Source: a virus (lineage: Duplodnaviria; Caudoviricetes). From it: DNA of 64,000 nt. A program made the position numbers and the translations under genes. Positions within the stretch are counted from its first letter, which is position 1, and each line of letters begins with the position of its first letter. Below, piece after piece: positions 40,044 through 49,803 of this stretch. The notes beneath the pieces are model-generated. The model worked only from the letters and a program-made list of their open reading frames with translations, searched no databases and had not been told where the DNA came from. Location: the IMG/VR virus record IMGVR_UViG_3300021139_000006, positions 6,646 through 70,645 of that record; one strand, given 5' to 3'.

Positions 40044-40961
40044 TTATGCTCCAATAATGGCTTTTAGTTCTGAAATAAGTTGGTCTGGTGTTGCTATATA
40101 GCTCGGGGCAGTCTCTACCTTTGTTAATCCTGAGAATTGGTCTATTGCCTTAGCTATTAACTCTCCTGCGCCGTAAGGTTCTACTTTCAAAAAGTAGGTA
40201 TTTCCTGCTTGGTTAGTGTATGTTTCTGTGTTTGATTTGCTAGACGGTGATGTAGCCAGACTTGAACTTGCTATGGAATTAAGGGCTTGTTGTTGACTTA
40301 TGACATCACCTTGGTTAGCTGCATTGTCTACTGTAAATTTAACATTAAGGCTAGTAACTGCTTCTACTAATTCTTGTAATACCTGTGCATTCTGTGTCAC
40401 CTCTCCTTGTAGTATTCTGATATAGTCACTTAATATATCCTTGTATGTCAGTATCTTTATACCTATCTTCATTACAGATAGAGTAGCTTTTGATACAGGA
40501 TTTATAGTTAATAGAGCTTCTTGAACATCCAGTACAGCCTTTAGTGTATTAGCAGTATTGGCTATTACAGATAAAGTTGCTATGAGTGTCTGCATTTTAG
40601 TTAATGTAGACTGTATGCTAGTTAGGTCTTTTTGTATCTTTGCTTGGTATACTGGAACCAAGGCAGCATCTTTTGGTTGAAGTGTTATAGTTATTGTATT
40701 TCCTGATAGTTGTACTTTGCCAGTATTATCTACAGACTTTACTATATCTTCTTCTAATTTTTTAATACGATCAGTAGCTATGCTTGAAATGCTATTGATA
40801 GAAGTAAGGGATTTTTTAACTAAAGCTCCTATCGGGTCAGGCATAGAAATGCCTATGCCCTTCTTTGCATTATTAAGTATCGCAGCAGAAGTTGCATTTG
40901 TAGTTACCGATGAAATGGTACTTGATATACCGCTTACAGCGGAGTCTGTTAGTTGATTCAT
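40044..40961 (-). CDS. Hypothetical helical virion protein
   Basis: Baseplate cluster context. Confidence 0.55.
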   Translation of the reverse strand: MNQLTDSAVSGISSTISSVTTNATSAAILNNAKKGIGISMPDPIGALVKKSLTSINSISSIATDRIKKLEEDIVKSVDNTGKVQLSGNTITITLQPKDAALVPVYQAKIQKDLTSIQSTLTKMQTLIATLSVIANTANTLKAVLDVQEALLTINPVSKATLSVMKIGIKILTYKDILSDYIRILQGEVTQNAQVLQELVEAVTSLNVKFTVDNAANQGDVISQQQALNSIASSSLATSPSSKSNTETYTNQAGNTYFLKVEPYGAGELIAKAIDQFSGLTKVETAPSYIATPDQLISELKAIIGA

Positions 40962-41378
40962 TTAGTTTATTGATACTATTTTTGACTTAATTTTATCTAC
41001 ATCTTTTTGTATTTGTTGTATCTGAGATGACAACTTACTCGCTGCTGTATTAACTTGTAACAAATTTATAACACCTATACCCTGGCCTGTTGCAGACGAA
41101 AGTGATGTTGCCAATTCTAACAATGAATTAAGTATTGCATTCAATGTATTAACAGTTGAGGTAGCCTTTGCTGCTGGTTCTAGATTTGTATTGTCTAATC
41201 CTATTTGAACTGCTTTTGCATTAACAATAACATTGTTTGTGTTTATATGTACATCACCTTGAGTAGACACTGCAAAGTCTTTTGCAGCTAATATGAATAT
41301 ATTGTCAGACTTGGAGTTTAATACCAACCTGTCTGAATTTATAATCCATTGATGCCCTGTATAGTTGTTAAAGTCCAT
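40962..41378 (-). CDS. Baseplate spike-associated protein (gp5 C-terminal-like)
   Basis: IINSDRLVLNSK beta-helix-like strands. Confidence 0.55.
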   Translation of the reverse strand: MDFNNYTGHQWIINSDRLVLNSKSDNIFILAAKDFAVSTQGDVHINTNNVIVNAKAVQIGLDNTNLEPAAKATSTVNTLNAILNSLLELATSLSSATGQGIGVINLLQVNTAASKLSSQIQQIQKDVDKIKSKIVSIN

Positions 41379-41384
41379 GTTATT

Positions 41385-42983
41385 TTATATGTATATTTTT
41401 GCCTTTTCATATCCAGCTGATTTTTCGGCTTGTAATTTAGGCGTCATAGGGGCTCCATACCAAGTTGATACATATTTCTCAGCATATTTAACAGAGTCTG
41501 AATTATCATAAGGTATAGTATCAAATCCTTTTTTATAAAATTTATCTATTGCAAATTGTATTGCATCCTCTAAACTAGCAAATGCGATATATCCTCTGAA
41601 TGATTTAGTTTGACCTTCTAATGCAAATACTTGTCCTGAAAGTTTTACATTAGGATATTTAGGTCCCAAACTCCATCTTGTTTTTAAATCAGATTGTATT
41701 CCGAAGAAATCATTATTAAATCCTCTGATTATATTGTGACCATGAGTTTGTTCATTTATACCTGTAGCTAGTATACTTCTAGCAATGTTTTTTGAAATAG
41801 CTCCTGAATCCACATACTTTTTCAGAGCATCAGCAAAAGCTTTGTAACCGTAAGAGGTATACTCAAAATTTAAAACTGGTAAATCTGGGTAAGCTCCCTT
41901 TTTTATAGCAGCTTCTGCATCAGCCTTATTGAAGTACAACTTACCACCCTTATTGGTTGCATTACCTTTTAGGGTATATGCAGTAGGGAATTGTACAAAG
42001 CTCTGCCTTACTTCTACGACTAAGTCTCCAATCTCCTGCGTATACTCCGGTTCCTCTTTATCTGGTAAAAAGACTACCTCATCTTGTGGGGTTGGCGAGT
42101 CTACTGTTTTAGTTTGTGTAGGGTATACAACAGGTGCTGTATCTTTCACAGGTACATTGTCAGTATTATCTAAAGATGAAGTAGCAGCTGAAACCACCTG
42201 GTTATTAGCTACAATGATATTGTTCTTATATACAGTAGACGTAGTTCCTGGTCCGTAAGATTGGAAATTAGTACTGGCCGGCACGAACTGAATCTTATGA
42301 TTATTCAATGCCCAAATAGAAGAACCATCTCCATTTATGTCTTCGTATACCGCAGATATGTTAGAGGCTGTTTGTTTTTTCTGACCATTTGTTATAGTCA
42401 GTACAGGATTTCCCTGAGGACCTTTCCAAGGTGCACTAGAGAAATCTGGATGTGAGTTACCGAATCTAATTGATTGTCCGAACCTGGCGTCTATTACACT
42501 GTCTCCAGGAAGATGTTGAAGCTTGTAAATGTTACCCTTTTCAACAAATGGGCCTGTAATAGATGCTTGGTTACTCCCACTAAATGATTTATCACTTGGA
42601 AGTGCATTATGTTCAGGTGAGTCAAATAAAGGAATTATATCATCGTAGTAATAGGTAGGTATTGTATTTCCTGCGGCATTTGAAGCTTGACTAGATGCTC
42701 TTGAGATTATGTTGACAAGCTCGTTCTGTACAGGGTACTTCTTTATGTGGCCTAGAGGATAAGCAACTAAAAAATTGTTTCCTCCATATTCGATGCCATT
42801 ATAGATCATCCTGAATTGAATAGCACCTATAGAGCCAGATGGTACTTGCATCTTTGCAAGCTGTTCAGGGTCATCGGTAAGTAATGTATATATGACACGA
42901 CCAATCATCTGGGTGTTTCCGGAATCAACTCCGCCCCCTTTATATTGACCTGTATATATAGAATTTACACCTTCTATTGCCAT
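41385..42983 (-). CDS. Baseplate hub/spike protein (gp5-like) with C-terminal lysozyme-like domain
   Basis: YPVQNELV, RFGQSIRFG; C-terminal NEQ..NNDFFGIQ..FASLEDAI resembles a glucosaminidase. Confidence 0.6.
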   Translation of the reverse strand: MAIEGVNSIYTGQYKGGGVDSGNTQMIGRVIYTLLTDDPEQLAKMQVPSGSIGAIQFRMIYNGIEYGGNNFLVAYPLGHIKKYPVQNELVNIISRASSQASNAAGNTIPTYYYDDIIPLFDSPEHNALPSDKSFSGSNQASITGPFVEKGNIYKLQHLPGDSVIDARFGQSIRFGNSHPDFSSAPWKGPQGNPVLTITNGQKKQTASNISAVYEDINGDGSSIWALNNHKIQFVPASTNFQSYGPGTTSTVYKNNIIVANNQVVSAATSSLDNTDNVPVKDTAPVVYPTQTKTVDSPTPQDEVVFLPDKEEPEYTQEIGDLVVEVRQSFVQFPTAYTLKGNATNKGGKLYFNKADAEAAIKKGAYPDLPVLNFEYTSYGYKAFADALKKYVDSGAISKNIARSILATGINEQTHGHNIIRGFNNDFFGIQSDLKTRWSLGPKYPNVKLSGQVFALEGQTKSFRGYIAFASLEDAIQFAIDKFYKKGFDTIPYDNSDSVKYAEKYVSTWYGAPMTPKLQAEKSAGYEKAKIYI

Positions 42984-42984
42984 T

Positions 42985-43365
42985 CTATTTTATTTTGTCT
43001 AGTTGTTTTTGTTGTGTTGATGGTAATTTTAAGTCTTGTTCAGCTTGTTCTGACAATAACAGTAGTTGTTGCCTGTCTTCATCTGAAAACATAAAGTCAC
43101 CTGTTTCCTTACCTTTATCCATGCATTTCTGAGCAATCTGTGCCATCTTGATCAAATGTTCATTGTTATCAAGAATAAGCTTCATATAGCTGGCTATAAT
43201 AGGTGCTATTTGCTGTGCATCACCAATAGTACTTATTAAATCCTTCAACTGCTCAATCAACCCTACAATCCTCTCATCATTCTTCCTAGAGTTACTATGT
43301 ATCTCCTCTAAGATGTCACTTAAAGTCTTCTTTTTAAATATTACAGTTCCTAAAGCTTCACTCAT
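42985..43365 (-). CDS. Helical hypothetical protein (terminase small subunit candidate)
   Basis: 126-aa all-helical ORF with ATATTTAT upstream; TerS role is inference only. Confidence 0.35.
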   Translation of the reverse strand: MSEALGTVIFKKKTLSDILEEIHSNSRKNDERIVGLIEQLKDLISTIGDAQQIAPIIASYMKLILDNNEHLIKMAQIAQKCMDKGKETGDFMFSDEDRQQLLLLSEQAEQDLKLPSTQQKQLDKIK

Positions 43366-43383
43366 AATCGTCTATAAATATCA

Positions 43384-44307
43384 CTAGGTAAAATATTCCT
43401 CAAAATCAGGCTCTTCTAATTTTGTTGGATCTTTATACCTGTTAGGGAAAATACCTTCTTTTTTGATATTAAGTTCTCCTCTATGATGGAACTCATACAA
43501 TTGCTCATGGAAAGCTTCCTTTAGTATATTTACCACTCTGGTTATATCCTGTGTTTTCTGCAGAGTCTCCTCACGTATTTGTAAATAGAATGCCGGCTTC
43601 CAGAATATCTCCAGGTCTTCTACAGCTCTGAAAAACTTGATGATGCATCGTACTATTATTTTTTCGGATTCCGAAAACTTTATAGCTTCTTCTTTTTCAT
43701 CTCTTATTATGTAGAACCAATTATCTATACCTTCTTCTACCCAATCGGCAAACTCCTGTGTAAACTCTTGTAGATTATCATCGGTTTCACCTTCGTGCCT
43801 TATCTTATCTACCTTCTCTTCGTCTTCTTGTGATTCTAAGTCTTGGCGATTCTTATGAAGCTTGTACTGCTTATCGTTGTATTGTATCAGGAATCTTTTA
43901 GTGATAATGTTGAAGTATCCGAACCCTAAGGTTCCTTTAGTATACTTAACTTCAGACCTGTCTTCACTGATTTTCATACCTTTTTCTCTGTCAAACTTAG
44001 GCATCTCCTGCATCAACTTACAGATAACTTCATGCTTTAAGTCTTCATAGCCACCGGCATGCTCCTGTGCATATTCAAAACCATTCCCATTTATGTTATT
44101 CTCCGCTAACTTTGAGAAAGCAGGAAATATCTTTTCTGAGAATAGTTTATTACGCAGAATGGGGTCATCGGATACATTGTATAGTACGATGGCCTCATCT
44201 GTTTCTTTAGTGAAGTATTCTTGGTTAGGTTTCTTACGTCTTCTCTTACGTGGTTTACCCTCCTTGGTGTATAACTCCAAGTCGAGCTGTTTCTTTTCTG
44301 TTTGCAA
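43384..44307 (-). CDS. Late-transcription sigma factor, gp55-like
   Basis: YFTKET..DLKHEVI..KFDREKG..FGYFNIITKRFLIQY region-2-like motif. Confidence 0.7.
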   Translation of the reverse strand: MQTEKKQLDLELYTKEGKPRKRRRKKPNQEYFTKETDEAIVLYNVSDDPILRNKLFSEKIFPAFSKLAENNINGNGFEYAQEHAGGYEDLKHEVICKLMQEMPKFDREKGMKISEDRSEVKYTKGTLGFGYFNIITKRFLIQYNDKQYKLHKNRQDLESQEDEEKVDKIRHEGETDDNLQEFTQEFADWVEEGIDNWFYIIRDEKEEAIKFSESEKIIVRCIIKFFRAVEDLEIFWKPAFYLQIREETLQKTQDITRVVNILKEAFHEQLYEFHHRGELNIKKEGIFPNRYKDPTKLEEPDFEEYFT

Positions 44308-44337
44308 TCTTCATTAGGATTTTGGTTTTTATTATCT

Positions 44338-44817
44338 TTACTGGTTAGTCTCCAGATCTTGTTTCTCGATCTGGAATTTATCGAGGTTTGCTTGGATTTC
44401 CTTCAAGGCTTCAAAGAAGAACTCAACTTCATCATCAGTCTTGTAAACGCCCCTAGCATCAACCTCTCTTATTTTTTGTGCTGAAACTTGTATAATCATA
44501 TCCATACTGGTGATATACTTTTCGTAAAGTTCTAGAGCAGGCATGTACTCCTGTTCTAGTTGCCTTATTCTAGAATCTGCTAAATCGGATATCTCTTTTA
44601 GTTGGGCTTCATTTTCAGTCTCAATTCTGTACAACTGAGCCTCATTCTCGGACTTAATACTGGCCAGGTTAATCAAGTTTTCAGATCTGACTTTAGACAG
44701 TTCTTGATTAAACTTATCTGAAAGAGTTTTATGCTGCCAATAAACAACTGCCCATCCAGCCATAGCTAGAAGGGTTAATAGTGCAACTCCGATTTGAGCA
44801 AGATTGATTGTAATCAT
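44338..44817 (-). CDS. Membrane-anchored coiled-coil protein
   Basis: N-terminal TM segment followed by coiled coil. Confidence 0.6.
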   Translation of the reverse strand: MITINLAQIGVALLTLLAMAGWAVVYWQHKTLSDKFNQELSKVRSENLINLASIKSENEAQLYRIETENEAQLKEISDLADSRIRQLEQEYMPALELYEKYITSMDMIIQVSAQKIREVDARGVYKTDDEVEFFFEALKEIQANLDKFQIEKQDLETNQ

Positions 44818-44825
44818 TATATAGT

Positions 44826-45488
44826 TTATTTTTTAGTTAATCTTAAATCACCCATAGATTCTATCCTAGCTGACATAGCATCAGCCTGATGAATGATATA
44901 AGGCAGGTTACTGTGAAGTTTATACTCTGGTGAATATGAAATCAAATAAGACTTGTTCCCCTCATCGTACAGACCGGCCTGAAGCTTAATAGAAAGATAC
45001 TCAGTTTCAGATACCTCTATCCCATGCTGCATAAGCAGGAATATAGTCCTGTCATGATCCTTCATAAAAGATAGCTTAGGGTTGAAACCATAAACTTCAC
45101 CTAACTTCTCTTGTCTCCACTTATCTGTCTGCTCTATATAGAACTCATGCTGATCATCACCCATCTTACCTAGGTCGTGAGTTAAGCATACAAAAGTCAA
45201 TTCTTCTATACTGAAGTCTATCTTAGCCCCTTGCTTACTCCATACTTTAGTAAGTAGCATAGCTGCATCATATACATTAAGAGTGTGTTGTACAAACCCC
45301 CCTACATAAGCACTATGATAGCTAACCTTGGATGAGGCAGGCATCATTGCCAGTCTGTTAGCATATTTTTCGAATAAGTCTGAAAGCTTATTCCATCTGT
45401 TTTGTTGCTCTGGATTCTCTGGCCAGAATTGTTTAGCTAAATCTGTGAATCTTTCCCAGTTCTGTTCAATTTTTTCTTCGTTAATCAT
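44826..45488 (-). CDS. HD-domain phosphohydrolase
   Basis: YHSAYVGGFVQH, HDLGK and HQAD motifs. Confidence 0.88.
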   Translation of the reverse strand: MINEEKIEQNWERFTDLAKQFWPENPEQQNRWNKLSDLFEKYANRLAMMPASSKVSYHSAYVGGFVQHTLNVYDAAMLLTKVWSKQGAKIDFSIEELTFVCLTHDLGKMGDDQHEFYIEQTDKWRQEKLGEVYGFNPKLSFMKDHDRTIFLLMQHGIEVSETEYLSIKLQAGLYDEGNKSYLISYSPEYKLHSNLPYIIHQADAMSARIESMGDLRLTKK

Positions 45489-45603
45489 AAATGTAAATTT
45501 TAAGTTGTTTTTAAATTAAGTTTTAAATAAAAGACCTCAGAGTAGACACACAAGGTCGTATGTACTAAAAAATGAAACATAAGATAAATGTACTTATGTA
45601 ATG

Positions 45604-45672
45604 CAAAGGTATGTCAAATAATTGAATATTTTACAAATAATTTTTTTAGGTTAATTATTCGTGCTATATTTG
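45604..45672. promoter_or_regulatory. Divergent Bacteroidota-type promoters at the strand switch
   Basis: TACCTTTG on minus (45604-45611) and TATATTTG on plus (45665-45672). Further plus-strand copies at 46340, 48018, 50125, 52206, 53785 and 53800; minus-strand copies at 1115 and 18389. Confidence 0.7.
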
Positions 45673-45697
45673 CATCATATATAATATAGAATATAAC

Positions 45698-45943
45698 ATG
45701 AACGGTACACTTAAACCAGGATATAAAATTTTAAAAACAAACGGTATATCATTCTCGATAATGCCATCAGAAGGTAGGATTACAGTCCCACCATTATTGA
45801 ACTTCAAAGAATTCCTAGAAGGTAAGGAAGGATACGTAGTATGGAGTGATAAGAAGCAAAGTCTTATGTTCCCAGGAGAGAAATTAAAGTACACCGGCAA
45901 AATAATTCTAAAAAGTGAAAGTAAAGTTCCAAGTGAGATATAA
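45698..45943 (+). CDS. Hypothetical protein
   Basis: First gene after the plus-strand promoter. Confidence 0.5.
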   Translation: MNGTLKPGYKILKTNGISFSIMPSEGRITVPPLLNFKEFLEGKEGYVVWSDKKQSLMFPGEKLKYTGKIILKSESKVPSEI

Positions 45944-46100
45944 CGGTTACAGACAGCCGGTAGTGTCCATATTTGAAGTAAAGTCACCTAAGGGTGCCAC
46001 AGAGCTTCAGAAGAAGGACCTAATAGACAAGTTCTTCAAGGACAATATTAAACAAGATGGGATTATCCAGAGATGGCCCCATGAAATAATCGAAAAATAA
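45915..46100 (+). CDS. Hypothetical protein
   Basis: Tightly packed in operon. Confidence 0.4.
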   Translation: MKVKFQVRYNGYRQPVVSIFEVKSPKGATELQKKDLIDKFFKDNIKQDGIIQRWPHEIIEK

Positions 46101-46336
46101 TGAGTATAGATTTCAAATGGTTCCGGGACAATCAAAATATCTACCACTCCATATTGGTTGATCAGACTATGGAACCTAAGTTCTGTTACTCAATCTCCCA
46201 GTATATTTCAGATCAGGATGGGTTTGAATGGATAGATATAGTATCTTCATCAGACCTGTACAGAACATACGAAGAAGCAGAAATTGCCTGCTTAAATGCA
46301 ATTTATGAAAATAGATTTGGTAGTGTAAATAATTAG
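46100..46336 (+). CDS. Hypothetical protein
   Basis: TAATG stop-start overlap; TYEEAE motif. Confidence 0.55.
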   Translation: MSIDFKWFRDNQNIYHSILVDQTMEPKFCYSISQYISDQDGFEWIDIVSSSDLYRTYEEAEIACLNAIYENRFGSVNN

Positions 46337-46367
46337 TATTACTTTTGCCTTATATTTATTATTAGTA

Positions 46368-46491
46368 CCGTAAGCAGACGGACGAAGGTAAAATTAAGAG
46401 CGTAACATACTTTTAAAATATTGGGAACTGAACCAAAGTATCCCCAAGCCCTGACTCTAGCTGCTTCTAGAATTCGGGGCTTTTTCTTTTT
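46368..46491 (+). promoter_or_regulatory. Structured leader with kissing loops and terminator-like hairpin
   Basis: Loop AAGCAG (46372-46377) is complementary to loop CTGCTT (46461-46466); U-tract at 46481-46491. Confidence 0.6.
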
Positions 46492-46496
46492 CTACT

Positions 46497-47303
46497 ATGA
46501 CGCAATTAGCAAAATACCGCACTCTGGCTTTCATCACTCTCATCAAACTTGAGAGGAAGAACTCCGTTGTGGATATGGATGCTCATCTAGGATACTTCGC
46601 AGCTAAGATTGGTATTTCATACAACTCATACAAGAAGTACCGGAAAATATGCCTAGAACTAGGATTATGCAAAATAGAAAACGGGCACGACAGATACATC
46701 GATATCCAACAGTGCATCCAGGTACTGGGCCTCACCAAGATAAACAAACATGTTCATTTCTTCAATAAATGTAAGCATGCAGACAGGACACTAATCGGTG
46801 TCTACGATACCATAATAAAGGGTATCACTCTAAACAACTTCAAGCAACAACAGCATAACACAAATAAGAATAAGGATCTCAAGAGAGTTACTAAATTGAT
46901 TCGTAAGAACAGAAATATAGCATCCGCTAAGGATAGAGCTATGGTCAAGCATATCACTAAGAATGCAAGGTACCATAACCTCTCTACTTTAGAATACTGT
47001 GATAGTATCTTACTAAAAGAATTACAACCTGCCGAGGATTCCATTAAGACAGGTAAGTATCATCTATCTAAGCTACTAGGGCTTTCTCCTTCTACAGGGA
47101 TTAATCTATTGAAGGGTATGGTAAAGGATAATACTGTCAAAAGGACAGTCATTAAGTTTAATGTATCTAAGTTAGGATATAGTAATGACTCTTTTGACTT
47201 ACTTAGGGTTAAGTATCCTAAGTTTACGGTATTACCTTACTCTGGGAATAAGTCCTTTAATGTGTATAAGGGAAGTAGGATTGAATTAATATCACAGGAG
47301 TAG
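46497..47303 (+). CDS. Winged-HTH DNA-binding protein, possibly replication-related
   Basis: Two HTH-like segments (FAAKIGISYNSYKKYRKICLELGL; LSKLLGLSPSTGINLLK). Confidence 0.55.
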   Translation: MTQLAKYRTLAFITLIKLERKNSVVDMDAHLGYFAAKIGISYNSYKKYRKICLELGLCKIENGHDRYIDIQQCIQVLGLTKINKHVHFFNKCKHADRTLIGVYDTIIKGITLNNFKQQQHNTNKNKDLKRVTKLIRKNRNIASAKDRAMVKHITKNARYHNLSTLEYCDSILLKELQPAEDSIKTGKYHLSKLLGLSPSTGINLLKGMVKDNTVKRTVIKFNVSKLGYSNDSFDLLRVKYPKFTVLPYSGNKSFNVYKGSRIELISQE

Positions 47304-47366
47304 GAACTACACATGAGCTAAGGATGCTATTAAAAGGTATATAAATTGACAGTAAAGAAATAAACA

Positions 47367-48011
47367 ATGAATTTACTAATAGACTTCAGTAAATTAGTCA
47401 AAGAGACTAAACCAGACGATTCTAGCCCATATAGGCCTAGAGTGAAGCAATCTATCCAACAGAGGATAAAAAGCGGTAAGAAAGGTGATATAGGCACTAA
47501 AGAGGTTGTTCTTGCATTAGCTAATTATTTTAAATCACATCGTGTTCAAATAAATAATTGTTATTGTTTTAACGATAACTTTGAAAACGACTTCGTAACC
47601 CTATTCGATAGTGGTTATCTGGGAGAAATTGAGGTGAAGGTGAGCCGGTCTGACTTCCAAGAGGATATTACCGGGAAGCCAGGTAAACATAGGTTATTGC
47701 TCGAAGGAACCTCCTGGGAGATAATTCCTAACAAATTCTATTACTGTGCACCCAGAGGGCTGCTATTGAGCTCTGAGGTACCAAAATACGCAGGTCTCAT
47801 AGAAGCTATAAGAGATGAAGAAGGTAATCTTACCTGTACCATAACTAAAGAGGCACCATTCATACATAAGAATGATGTATATAGTAAGGTGAAGGATAGG
47901 ATATTCAGGAAGTTAGCCTGGAGGTATAGGCAGATGTTACTAGGTAACTTTGAGCTGTTATTTGAAGATACAGACTCGGATGAAAAAATAAATTTTGAGG
48001 AAGTCGAGTAA
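47367..48011 (+). CDS. PD-(D/E)XK nuclease, MmcB-like
   Basis: ENDF..EIEVKVSRSDF..PNKFYYCAP..VPKYAGLI. Confidence 0.75.
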   Translation: MNLLIDFSKLVKETKPDDSSPYRPRVKQSIQQRIKSGKKGDIGTKEVVLALANYFKSHRVQINNCYCFNDNFENDFVTLFDSGYLGEIEVKVSRSDFQEDITGKPGKHRLLLEGTSWEIIPNKFYYCAPRGLLLSSEVPKYAGLIEAIRDEEGNLTCTITKEAPFIHKNDVYSKVKDRIFRKLAWRYRQMLLGNFELLFEDTDSDEKINFEEVE

Positions 48012-48041
48012 TCACATTATCTTTGCTGAAAATAATGAGTT

Positions 48042-48302
48042 ATGAATGCAAAAATTAAATCAGGACACAAATACTTATTCTCCGAAGGTTGTTCTAATAG
48101 ATGGATCAATTTAACAAATGAAATGATTATAAATTTTGCTGATAAATATACCTATAGATCATTTAAACAAGTTAAGAATCATTTATTAATAAGTTTACAA
48201 GAAGGAATCCCTTACGTTATAGATATAGTATTTACAAGTGAAGTGCCTAAACTAGAGTTTGATTTCTTTGAAAAAGATCAATTAGTATTGAAAATAAAAT
48301 AA
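48042..48302 (+). CDS. Hypothetical protein
   Basis: Follows TATCTTTG promoter. Confidence 0.45.
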   Translation: MNAKIKSGHKYLFSEGCSNRWINLTNEMIINFADKYTYRSFKQVKNHLLISLQEGIPYVIDIVFTSEVPKLEFDFFEKDQLVLKIK

Positions 48303-48307
48303 CAGTT

Positions 48308-48883
48308 ATGATAGATAATTTTGAATTAATTAAAGGCTTGATGTCTTTTGAGGAAGAGGGTACTTTCTACTTCTTTCAGATTTTAAAAAGGAAGAAAGAA
48401 CACCCTGAGCTAGGTTCTAACAGTTATGTTGTAAAAACATATTATGTGAAGTTCATCGATGACCTTGAATTTTACAAGGATGAAATGATTTGTTTGGCTA
48501 ATTTCCACAATGCTAGAGTTTGTGTTAATTTAAACAGAAGGTCTTTTGAGACCATAGCTTTTCAGACTTTAAGGAAGATAACTGATGTTATAATGAACAA
48601 GGACTATAAATCAGCAAGAGCTTCTTACAACTCTGTTTGTGGATTACACACATGTGAGACTGAAAAGAAATGGATACTAGATATTGATAATTTTGACTCA
48701 ACATCAGAAATAGAAGATTCTTTAGAGGGCATACAACCTTTTGGACCAAAGGTAATAGCCAAGATACCAACAAAGAACGGTGTTCATTTAATCACTAGAC
48801 CATTTAATGTGGAGGTATTTAAATCTATCTACAAAAACATAGATATCCATAAAGATAACCCTACAATCTGCTTTATACCATGA
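48308..48883 (+). CDS. Phage protein with AEP/prim-pol-like motifs
   Basis: WILDID and PTKNGVHLI. Confidence 0.5.
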   Translation: MIDNFELIKGLMSFEEEGTFYFFQILKRKKEHPELGSNSYVVKTYYVKFIDDLEFYKDEMICLANFHNARVCVNLNRRSFETIAFQTLRKITDVIMNKDYKSARASYNSVCGLHTCETEKKWILDIDNFDSTSEIEDSLEGIQPFGPKVIAKIPTKNGVHLITRPFNVEVFKSIYKNIDIHKDNPTICFIP

Positions 48884-49362
48884 TAAAAAGAATCACCCAC
48901 GAAGAGTCAAAGAATTACCGGCTTCTGAATCCAGAGAAGGATTTCAGATATAGTATGGATTGTGCAGTAGCCTTCACCCTAACAGAGACAGAACCTCATC
49001 CTTGGGAGAATGTCATATATTTTGGAGAAAGTTTTACAGATCCAACCAATTCAGTATTAAAACCCCAATGGGTGTATGTGATGGTGAACCCCTCAATCCC
49101 AAATACGGTTAAAGTGGGAGCAACCACAACTAGTGTCACACAACGTGCTAGGGAATTATCTTCACAGACGAGTAGTATAACACCATGGTATCCTGTATTC
49201 AGTTTTAAAGTAGGTAATGCCTACATGCTTGAGCAGGAGGTCCACCAGTACTTGGAAGATAGGGGCGTAAGAGTAAATAGCCGCAGAGAAGGGTTTGAGA
49301 TAAGCTCTGAAAGAGCTATTGAAGTAATAAAAGAATTAGGTCAGAAATATTTAACAAAATAA
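48880..49362 (+). CDS. T5orf172/GIY-YIG-like domain protein
   Basis: WVYVMVN..VKVGAT..RARELS..EQEVH..REGF. Confidence 0.8.
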   Translation: MIKRITHEESKNYRLLNPEKDFRYSMDCAVAFTLTETEPHPWENVIYFGESFTDPTNSVLKPQWVYVMVNPSIPNTVKVGATTTSVTQRARELSSQTSSITPWYPVFSFKVGNAYMLEQEVHQYLEDRGVRVNSRREGFEISSERAIEVIKELGQKYLTK

Positions 49363-49368
49363 GATAAC

Positions 49369-49803
49369 ATGGCACTATTTGAATTAGAGGAAGTAGATAA
49401 TGGTATCTACTACAAAGTGAAGATTATAAAATCTGGTGACATTGCCGGTAAATTTTCCCTAGATGTAGATGGTTGTTACTACTTCTGGCCTGAGCCGGGT
49501 GAAGGTTTTTATAGTGATTATGTACTGCTTGAGTTAGGTACTCTCCTGAAAGAGTTGAATAAGCCTTTTTATGATTCCGTAGACGAGTACTACAATTCCA
49601 ATCGTGGAGGCTTTGGTGAATTAGAGCACAAAGGGTTTAAAGGTATTGCTGAGTATGACGAATCAGAGGAGTTGTGGCATGCTAAGGCAGTAGGTATAGA
49701 TAGTGTGACATACATCAGAGCAGAAGGAGAATCCTTCGAGGAGTTGATAAAAGATTTCGAACAAGCCGTAGAAGATTATTTACAAACAATCGATGAATTA
49801 TGA
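49369..49803 (+). CDS. Protein with C-terminal HicB-like domain
   Basis: HKGFKGIAEYD..WHAKAVGI..AEGESFEELIKDFEQAVEDYL. Confidence 0.6.
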   Translation: MALFELEEVDNGIYYKVKIIKSGDIAGKFSLDVDGCYYFWPEPGEGFYSDYVLLELGTLLKELNKPFYDSVDEYYNSNRGGFGELEHKGFKGIAEYDESEELWHAKAVGIDSVTYIRAEGESFEELIKDFEQAVEDYLQTIDEL

